64,000 nt of DNA from IMG/VR virus record IMGVR_UViG_3300042261_000588, positions 64,001-128,000 of that record; one strand, given 5' to 3'. The notes below the pieces were generated by a model. It was not told the DNA's origin and did not search any database. It worked only from the letters and a program-made list of their open reading frames with translations. Source of the DNA: a virus. The translations under genes were made by a program, and so were the position numbers. Below, piece by piece: positions 57,879-64,000 of this stretch; positions within the stretch are counted from its first letter, which is position 1, and each line of letters starts with the position of its first letter.

Positions 57879-57954
57879 GCGAGTGTAGCTCAGTTGGTAG
57901 AGTAACTGACTCTTAATCAGTGGGTCGTCGGTTCAAATCCGTCCACTCGTACCA
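57879..57954 (+). tRNA. tRNA-Lys(CUU)
   Basis: cloverleaf, CTCTTAA loop, CCA. Confidence 0.9.
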
Positions 57955-58037
57955 GTTTACGGGCCTGAGTCTAGTGACAGTCCAGATGAATCATCCAGAT
58001 GACCGGAGAACTTACCTCCGGCGGGTCCATCAGTTTT

Positions 58038-58210
58038 TGAACAGCGGCGTGGAAAGCATAGCCCCTCGAAAGGTTATTAGAGACACGCTAGGTCAAGCAG
58101 GTCATGTGGCCGAAAGCTCCACACTGCCATAGTAGAGATGATGGCGAACGGTAGTAAGATGCTCGTACTCAGAGAGGTGGAGATAGCCGGGGTAGCGTCC
58201 GGCCTGTTCG
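58038..58210 (+). ncRNA. long tRNA-mimic RNA X1
   Basis: TGAACAG/CTGTTCG stem, GCGTG..AGACACGC arm, GCCGG-GGTAGCGT-CCGGC arm. Confidence 0.55.
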
Positions 58211-58532
58211 ATTCAGCTTGCAAGAGGTGAGCCGAGACCGTAGGCATACGGTAATCATTTACAAAAACCCTGATGAGTTGATGGCCTTCGGCCTGATGAG
58301 TTGATGGGTGTAAATGTTTGGCTGAGACCTACCGAGGATAGACGATACGTGGTGTATAGAGCACGCCCGAAGGGAGGATCAGGTTCGAGTCCTGAACGTT
58401 GGAACAATTTCTTGCTGCAAGGCAACAGTGAAATCCCTCATAACTTTTCAATTTCGTACTTGCGAGTCAGGCCACGATTCAATGCAGTGATGTACGACTG
58501 CGATAGTGGATAAACCAGACCGCCCAATTTTT

Positions 58533-58714
58533 AGGAGCAAGCAGCACGGGAGGCAGACGTGCCGACGAATGCCGCAGTAGAGCAAAGTCGGGTGGACGAA
58601 CATTGTCGAACCGGGAGCAGTAATGCAACCCGTGGATGTCCAAGGTAAAGCCCTTAGCGGGGTTGGAAGTAGGATGAACAGTCCGCTGATCGGGGTGGCG
58701 TCCGATCTGCTCCT
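58533..58714 (+). ncRNA. long tRNA-mimic RNA X2
   Basis: AGGAGCA/TGCTCCT stem, GCAC-GGGAGGCAGAC-GTGC arm, ATCGG-GGTGGCGT-CCGAT arm. Confidence 0.55.
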
Positions 58715-58722
58715 TTTTTTAT

Positions 58723-58800
58723 GTTGGCCGTAGCTCAATTTGGCAGAGCGTCTGATTGTGGGTCAGAATGTTGCGAGTTCAAACCTCGTCGGTCAACCCA
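58723..58800 (+). tRNA. tRNA-His(GUG)
   Basis: cloverleaf, TTGTGGG loop, C discriminator, CCA. Confidence 0.9.
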
Positions 58801-58809
58801 TAAGGAAAG

Positions 58810-58881
58810 CATGGCACACTTCAGCGTGATGGCTACTTCTACTTCTATGAAAAAAGCCTTTGTGCAATCATCGGTGCCATG
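58810..58881 (+). ncRNA. Y-RNA-like element 1 (no tRNA domain)
   Basis: CATGGCAC/GTGCCATG closing stem, ACTTCAG and TACTTC motifs. Confidence 0.55.
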
Positions 58882-58897
58882 TGATCCTTGCCATTCT

Positions 58898-59006
58898 GAA
58901 GGCACACCTCAGTTGAGGGATACTTCGTTTGTTCGATTCAAACCCTCGGCAGATGCCGGGGATGCCCTGTTGGTGGGCGTTTCTCTCAGCGATTATTGGT
59001 GCCTTT
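58898..59006 (+). ncRNA. YrlA-like Y RNA 2 (permuted tRNA domain)
   Basis: closing stem, TACTTC, T arm GTTTG-TTCGATT-CAAAC, looped acceptor, D arm GCCC..GGGC. Confidence 0.7.
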
Positions 59007-59018
59007 GATTTCACTTTT

Positions 59019-59161
59019 TCAGGTCACACTTCAGGGTAGGGATACTTCATTCCAACCGCTAATCGAGGTTCGATTCCTCGTCTCTCGACCATAACATCGG
59101 GAGATCGTCTAATGGCTAGGACAGCGGCACAAGACACCTTGCTCGCTTATTGGTGATCTGA
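59019..59161 (+). ncRNA. YrlA-like Y RNA 3 (permuted tRNA domain)
   Basis: TCAGGTCAC/GTGATCTGA stem, TACTTC, T arm CGAGG-TTCGATT-CCTCG, acceptor looped via CCATAACA, D arm. Confidence 0.75.
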
Positions 59162-59166
59162 TTTTC

Positions 59167-59243
59167 GGGCTCATAGCTCAGTTGGTTAGAGCACGGGACT
59201 CATAATCCCTTGGTCGCAGGTTCGAGTCTTGCTGAGCCCACCA
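59167..59243 (+). tRNA. tRNA with CAU anticodon (Ile2-like or Met)
   Basis: GGGCTCA acceptor, CTCATAA loop, CCA. Confidence 0.85.
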
Positions 59244-59249
59244 TCTTAT

Positions 59250-59325
59250 AGGCATGTAACTCAGTTGGTAGAGTGCAACTCTGATACGGTTGATGTACCT
59301 GGTTCAATTCCAGGCATGCCTACCA
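59250..59325 (+). tRNA. tRNA-Ile(GAU)
   Basis: cloverleaf, CTGATAC loop, CCA. Confidence 0.88.
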
Positions 59326-59385
59326 TGAATTCAAAAAGAAAGGACGGTGATTGCAATGAAATGCGATGGTAAACGAGTGTAAAGA

Positions 59386-59460
59386 GGATGCGTAGCTCAG
59401 AGGTAGAGCAGTTGGCTTTTAACCAACGGGTCGAGATTTCAAAATTCTCCGCATCCACCA
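59386..59460 (+). tRNA. tRNA-Lys(UUU)
   Basis: cloverleaf, CTTTTAA loop, CCA. Confidence 0.88.
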
Positions 59461-59473
59461 AAATAGATTTTCT

Positions 59474-59615
59474 GTGAGGCACACTTCAGCGAAGAGTTAC
59501 TTCAATGTTAATGACGTGGTTGTTGGTTCAACTCCAACCTCCGGAGTCGCAAGATTCCGGAGTAGCTCAATGGTAGAGCACGAAAATCTCTCTTCGCGTT
59601 TTTTTGGTGCCTCAC
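59474..59615 (+). ncRNA. YrlA-like Y RNA 4 (permuted tRNA domain)
   Basis: GTGAGGCAC/GTGCCTCAC stem, GCGAAGAG/CTCTTCGC stem, TACTTC, T arm, acceptor closed by GCAA, D arm GCTC-AATGGTA-GAGC. Confidence 0.78.
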
Positions 59616-59751
59616 GGACCTATTTCATTCTATTCTACGACAGGTTTACCGGAATTGCCTGTCGTAGTCTGCATACCCGGTTCAGCACCGGCTACCCGGA
59701 GGATGTGCCGCCAAGAAGCCAGTTTCCCGGAGTTCTGACAAACCGGGATTT

Positions 59752-59826
59752 GCCCCCGTCGTCTAGTGGCTAGGACGCTGGTTTTTCAAGCCGGAGAAGG
59801 CGGATCGATACCGCTCGGGGGTGCCA
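59752..59826 (+). tRNA. tRNA-Glu(UUC)
   Basis: cloverleaf, TTTTCAA loop, CCA. Confidence 0.88.
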
Positions 59827-59850
59827 ACTTCCAATGGAATGGTGTATAAT

Positions 59851-59927
59851 GTGCCTATAGCTCAATTGGACAGAGCACTTGACTACGGACGAGAAGGCGG
59901 CTGGTTCAAATCCAGTCAGGAGCACCA
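59851..59927 (+). tRNA. tRNA-Arg(ACG), degenerate
   Basis: good D and T arms, CTACGGA loop; acceptor and anticodon stems mispaired. Confidence 0.6.
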
Positions 59928-60066
59928 AGAAAGATTTTTTAATTTGGGGGGGTAAAGGGTTGGATGGATGCACGCCGCCCGAGCGGTCTGTCCAGTCTGC
60001 GTAAAGCAATCTGTCCGGTGCAGCGCCTCGTGGGCGTAGGATGGAAAAGTTGCTCCCTCCTTTTTT

Positions 60067-60141
60067 GGAGATGTGGCAGACCGGTAATGCGCCTGATTGT
60101 CTATCAGGTTTATGCGAGTTCAATTCTCGTCATCTTCGCCA
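60067..60141 (+). tRNA. tRNA-Asp(GUC)
   Basis: cloverleaf, TTGTCTA loop, CCA. Confidence 0.88.
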
Positions 60142-60248
60142 ACGCTTGTTCGGGATCAGGAGAAGCAGAAACCGCCTCTGTTCGTTAGGAGGGTAATCCC
60201 CCGATGCCAACTTGGATGTGTTCCATGGCAAGCATCTATTTCAGTTAT

Positions 60249-60334
60249 GCCGAGTTGGCTCAGCGGCGACAGCAACGGCTTCGTAAGTCGTCATGGTAAC
60301 TACATCGGGGGTTCGAGTCCCTCACTCGGCTCCA
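60249..60334 (+). tRNA. tRNA-Thr(CGU) with long variable arm
   Basis: GCCGAGT acceptor, TTCGTAA loop, U discriminator, CCA. Confidence 0.82.
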
Positions 60335-60466
60335 TGAAATATTTTTTCACATTTTACTGTGGGTCGAGTATAATATCTTGATCGGTATAGCAGCGAGCCA
60401 AAGTGGCTCCGATTAAGACGGTCATAGTTGGCCGTTGAATCGCTGAGGTAATTAGGAGAAGTTCAA

Positions 60467-60973
60467 ATGATTAGACGTGCAGTTGTGACGGTGTTGGCTG
60501 TTATGGGGCTGTGTCTTGCCGGATGCAAGATGTCGCCGAGTGAGATCAATGCGATGTCAGAAGCCTCTGGCGTAGCGGCAACGGTGATCTGGATGTCCTA
60601 TGACAATCCATCAGTCGAGCAGAAAACTGAAGTCGCCAATGTTCTTGGCGTCGTAACGGAGAACATCGGAATTGTCGGGACAAATTCGTATACTTCCGTG
60701 TTCATGCCGAAGGTTATGGCGTATGTTGTTGCCAGTCAGGATATTCCGGCCAATGACAAGCCCATTGTCATCGCTGGGTCGCTGGCAGTTTTCGGAGGTA
60801 TTGACCTGTTGTTTGCAAGTCATCCTGAATGGAAGGAAGACACGCAGAATGTCGGGTCGTATGTCAAGTCATTCATTACTGGCGTACAGCTCTCTCTGGC
60901 TTTGCCGGCAACGGACTCGAAGGTTATGAAGGCAACCGAGAATTACAAGGCACGCTCAGCACTCAAGAAGTAA
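60467..60973 (+). CDS. putative lipoprotein
   Basis: SD AGGAG; signal peptide with LAGC. Confidence 0.75.
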   Translation: MIRRAVVTVLAVMGLCLAGCKMSPSEINAMSEASGVAATVIWMSYDNPSVEQKTEVANVLGVVTENIGIVGTNSYTSVFMPKVMAYVVASQDIPANDKPIVIAGSLAVFGGIDLLFASHPEWKEDTQNVGSYVKSFITGVQLSLALPATDSKVMKATENYKARSALKK

Positions 60974-60996
60974 GATAAGTATCAGCGTGGTTCTTG

Positions 60997-61030
60997 AAGG
61001 GGCGTTTCGATGAAGAGTCGGACGCCTCTT
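60997..61030 (+). terminator. hairpin after the lipoprotein gene
   Basis: AAGGGGCGTT..GACGCCTCTT. Confidence 0.45.
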
Positions 61031-61038
61031 GTATTTAT

Positions 61039-61125
61039 GCCAACGTGACCTGAATTGGTAAAGGCCCTGATTTGTAATCAGGTAGTTCCGAAAGGATCGT
61101 GCAGGTTCGATGCCTGTCGTTGGCT
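61039..61125 (+). tRNA. tRNA-Thr(UGU) with long variable arm
   Basis: GCCAACG acceptor, TTTGTAA loop, TCC-GAAA-GGA variable stem; no encoded CCA. Confidence 0.82.
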
Positions 61126-61363
61126 CGGGAAGCAAAGTTGGGGCACCTCTACGTGGTGCTGACTAGAAACAGCAGGAGTGCTGGCTAAGACCCCAATCGA
61201 AGGTTGATGATGGTAAGGAACCTCATAGCCTTTTATTCTTTGAAATAGGTGAATGTCGAGACATCAATGAGGCAGAGTTCGATGCTTTGTTCAAGACAGG
61301 CTTGTGCTTTGCGGTTGTCATTATTCTGAATGGATGCTAATTTTGCAGGGAGGAACAAGAAGT

Positions 61364-61439
61364 AGGCGTGTGGTCCAATTGGTCGGGCACCGGTCTCCAA
61401 AACCGGACTATGTGGGTTCGAGTCCCGCCACACCTGCCA
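61364..61439 (+). tRNA. tRNA-Trp(CCA)
   Basis: cloverleaf, CTCCAAA loop, CCA. Confidence 0.88.
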
Positions 61440-61522
61440 AAACCAGAGAGGTGGATTCGACTTCCGCTCACCATGCCAATCTGATCCGCAAAAAAATCTG
61501 AAGAAAAATCTACAATTTTTGT

Positions 61523-61552
61523 TTGACTTATCCCGTTGATTTGGTGTAATAT
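61523..61552 (+). promoter_or_regulatory. sigma70-like promoter
   Basis: TTGACT-N18-TAATAT. Confidence 0.45.
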
Positions 61553-61887
61553 GGACTGGAATGATGAGTCATGGAAGAGTTGTAAAATGATCAGAACTTC
61601 AAATCACTGGAAGTTGGTTGTCGGCTAGAGCGCTTTCAGCTTGCGGAAAACAAGTCAGGAGTCTATAGTTCCTGATGTTCAAAAGTCTCATAGAATAAAA
61701 ATCTATGAAAAGGCAACTGAGTAGAAATTTTTGGATTTATAGGTCAGTGGCAGAGGGAAAATGCACGGGTATGCCCGGTCTCAGGGTTCGGTTAGTGGGC
61801 GAGCTGATCTCTGAGTGAAAGATACCAATCTTTCCTGACCTATTAATCTTGTTGTGAAAACATTGTCTTGCCGGAGTATAATGAGAC

Positions 61888-62226
61888 ATGAATACTAAAA
61901 AAGGCAACGGGATTGAAGAACTCTGGAAACAAACGAAGAAGAAAATTCGTATGGATCAGGTTCACACAGAAATTGATCACAAGGTTCTTGCCGCTGGTGA
62001 TCTCTGTCAGGTCGTCCTTTACAATGACGATCATCATACAAGCTCTCATGTGGTAAAGTCTTTGATTGCGATTTTTCAACATTCACAGGCAATAGCTGAG
62101 AAGATCATGCTCGATGCTCATAATTCTGGACGGTCGGTTGCCGAGGTTGAGGATTATGAGAAGGCAGTTGAACATGCCAAGCAATTAGCTGAGGCTGGTT
62201 TGAAAGCAGAAGTAGAGTCGTTTTAA
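61888..62226 (+). CDS. clpS: ClpS-like N-degron adaptor
   Basis: VVLYNDDHHT..VV..L..F..AEKIMLDAH..GRSV. Confidence 0.85.
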   Translation: MNTKKGNGIEELWKQTKKKIRMDQVHTEIDHKVLAAGDLCQVVLYNDDHHTSSHVVKSLIAIFQHSQAIAEKIMLDAHNSGRSVAEVEDYEKAVEHAKQLAEAGLKAEVESF

Positions 62227-62367
62227 GCAAAACTGTAACAAGCCAAAGATAAAGTGCGACAACGCTGATAACTGCGCAGGCAAACAAGAAAAGTAGGAGA
62301 AGTAATGGAAGCACACTAGTTGGCGAAGTTGTTATTGGACAATTAATCTCGAATGAAGAGTAATTTT

Positions 62368-62443
62368 GGGGCTATAGCACAATTGGTAATGCGGCAGCTT
62401 TGCAAGCTGTTCGGTACGAGTTCAAGTCTCGTTAGCTCCACCA
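62368..62443 (+). tRNA. tRNA-Ala(UGC)
   Basis: G3:U70, TTTGCAA loop, CCA. Confidence 0.9.
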
Positions 62444-62483
62444 AAAATTCGGGAGTGTTGGACCTTGTTGCGTCCGACTACCC

Positions 62484-62765
62484 ATGAACACAACAACCGC
62501 CAGCGGGCGGAAAGGAGCGCCTATGCGCATGTCCTCACGAAAAGGCCAGACGATGGTCGAGTACATCATCATTGTCGTCGTGATTGCCATCACCCTGATC
62601 TTGCTCTTCTCCAATTTGGGCAAGGCCATTGGCAAGAAGGTCACCGGCGCGACAGCCGCCATAGACCAAGAGGTCGGTGAGGCGGCGGCGGCGACGTATG
62701 ACACCCTGAGCGCCAATCCGGTTCGGGATTTAAATGCAGACGGGACGATGGTTGGCACGCCCTAA
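62484..62765 (+). CDS. flp: Flp/Tad-type pilin
   Basis: RKG/QTMVEY followed by a hydrophobic helix; GC-rich. Confidence 0.82.
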   Translation: MNTTTASGRKGAPMRMSSRKGQTMVEYIIIVVVIAITLILLFSNLGKAIGKKVTGATAAIDQEVGEAAAATYDTLSANPVRDLNADGTMVGTP

Positions 62766-62931
62766 GCGGGAACGGGCACCATGGCAAGGGTGGCGATCAG
62801 GGCTCGTGATGCGCGTCGCCTCCGGTGCAGTAGTGGGCATTACACAAATTTGTTAGGCTTACAGAGAAGATATGGCGCGTAGCCGCGCCGATGTTCACCG
62901 CCGACGATAATCATCAAAAAGGAGAAGAAGT

Positions 62932-63345
62932 ATGAAGATTGGGTTTATGTCTTTGTTTTTCGTGTTTGTTGCAGGATGTGCCACTGGACCCTACACGCCG
63001 ATTCGGACATCGAGTTTGAAGGGAGAAAAAGTCATTTATTTCGAGCAGGTAGATCGGGTCCCGAAAGACGTATTGATGCTCTTGTGTGAGAAAAAGGATG
63101 ACGGCACTATGAGTGCGAGAGTCATGCCTTGGATTGAACTTATCCCGATGATCGAGAAGCTGTCGGATGTCGCCCCAGAGATCGTCACTTCGTATAGCCA
63201 AGAGAGAATGGAAAACGCCATGATCACAAGGAGAATGCTGTTTCGTGGATATGATGGCACGAATGACTTGGTGGAGATCGAGAGGATCATAAAGACGATG
63301 GGTGGAAACATCGAGAATTGGTCTGCGAAGAAGGACAAGCCGTGA
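62932..63345 (+). CDS. putative lipoprotein
   Basis: SD AAGGAG; VAGC lipobox. Confidence 0.65.
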   Translation: MKIGFMSLFFVFVAGCATGPYTPIRTSSLKGEKVIYFEQVDRVPKDVLMLLCEKKDDGTMSARVMPWIELIPMIEKLSDVAPEIVTSYSQERMENAMITRRMLFRGYDGTNDLVEIERIIKTMGGNIENWSAKKDKP

Positions 63346-63500
63346 GAAAGCCTAGACTGACAGAGGACATCGCTCGTGGCATTATGGGTTGGATGAGCTT
63401 CGGCAGATATTGCTGCTGACTCTGATCGTCTTGCGGTAGATATGGAAGTTATCACAGAAGTTTGAACGCAACCCAGTGTCGTGGAGTGAAAAGTAATTTT

Positions 63501-63576
63501 GGCGGGTTAGCTCAGTTGGTAGAGCAATGGAATCATAATCCGTGCGTCGGGGGTTCGAACCCCTCATCCGCCACCA
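63501..63576 (+). tRNA. tRNA-Met(CAU), elongator
   Basis: GGCGGGT acceptor, ATCATAA loop, CCA. Confidence 0.88.
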
Positions 63577-63589
63577 TGTTTAATTATGA

Positions 63590-63667
63590 CGGTAAGTAGT
63601 TCAGTCTGCTTAGAACGCTCGGTTTGGGTCCGAGAGGCCGTGGGTTGAAATCCCACCTTACCGACCA
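63590..63667 (+). tRNA. tRNA-Pro(UGG)
   Basis: CGGTAAG acceptor, TTTGGGT loop, CCA. Confidence 0.85.
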
Positions 63668-63836
63668 CCGGCTCCAGAGGAGGTTCGGCAGGGAAGGACA
63701 AACAAGAAACGGAAGGAGATTGGGACAACATGGAAGCAATGATCGTCGTTGGGCCGGAGAAGAGACAAATGAAAAGGGACGGAGCCATGGACCTTGCGCG
63801 CGGAACCTTACAAACACCAACACCAAGGAGAAGAAG

Positions 63837-64000
63837 ATGAGTGATCTGAAGTTCAACTGTCCGCACTGCCAACAGTCCCTCGAAGCGCCCGAAGAACTCC
63901 TTGGCCAGACGATCAACTGCCCGTCATGTAATGGCCGCATTCAATTGCCAAGTCCACAGCCCCGGCAACCGGCCAAGCCATTGCCACCACCACAGAAGAA
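63837..64000 (+). CDS. Zn-ribbon protein of PVC-bacterial type (runs off the window)
   Basis: SD AAGGAG; MSDLKFNCPHCQQSLEAPEELLGQTINCPSCNGRIQLP. Confidence 0.7.
   Translation, partial: MSDLKFNCPHCQQSLEAPEELLGQTINCPSCNGRIQLPSPQPRQPAKPLPPPQK

Noticed and set aside
58270-58306. Duplicated CTGATGAGTTGATGG as a hammerhead or CRISPR repeat
   Set aside because: Only two copies 7 nt apart and no GAAA partner
57090-60381. ORF-track calls across the RNA array
   Set aside because: They overlap tRNAs and structured RNAs and lack SD sites or protein motifs
61446-61478. Extra tRNA after tRNA-Trp
   Set aside because: Only a T-arm-like hairpin and CCA; no 5' half
1-64000. Stop-codon reassignment
   Set aside because: Known genes are intact in code 11, all three stops are used, and no suppressor tRNA was seen

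Overview
This window looks like 64 kb of a large (jumbo-type) tailed phage genome. Almost all genes lie on the + strand and no structural or terminase genes fall inside it. The host is probably a PVC-group bacterium (Kiritimatiellae/Verrucomicrobia-like); this is an inference from a host-type Zn-ribbon gene and a Flp pilin. Layout: glycosyltransferases (0.4-4.6 kb); small genes and an RNA ligase behind a repeated non-sigma70 promoter-like motif (4.9-10 kb); recombination genes (SbcC half, PD-(D/E)xK nuclease, RuvC) with attC-like cassettes (12-18 kb); one reverse-strand Rep-like gene beside an AT-rich repeat region (19-20.4 kb); a 16-kb block of unrelated proteins and polyproteins sharing a short amphipathic tag and small-residue junctions (20.4-36 kb); DNA methyltransferases, two with inteins, plus four ParB-like genes and a class II RNR (37-53 kb); patatin and NifS; and a tRNA/ncRNA array (57-63.7 kb). 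The strongest candidates for an undescribed system are: (1) the tagged, probably protease-processed virion cargo block; (2) four Y-RNA (YrlA)-like RNAs and three long tRNA-mimic RNAs in an array preceded by a leader-peptide attenuator; (3) a methyltransferase whose usual middle segment is encoded twice as separate flanking genes. All calls come from reading motifs by eye; no searches or folding programs were run.
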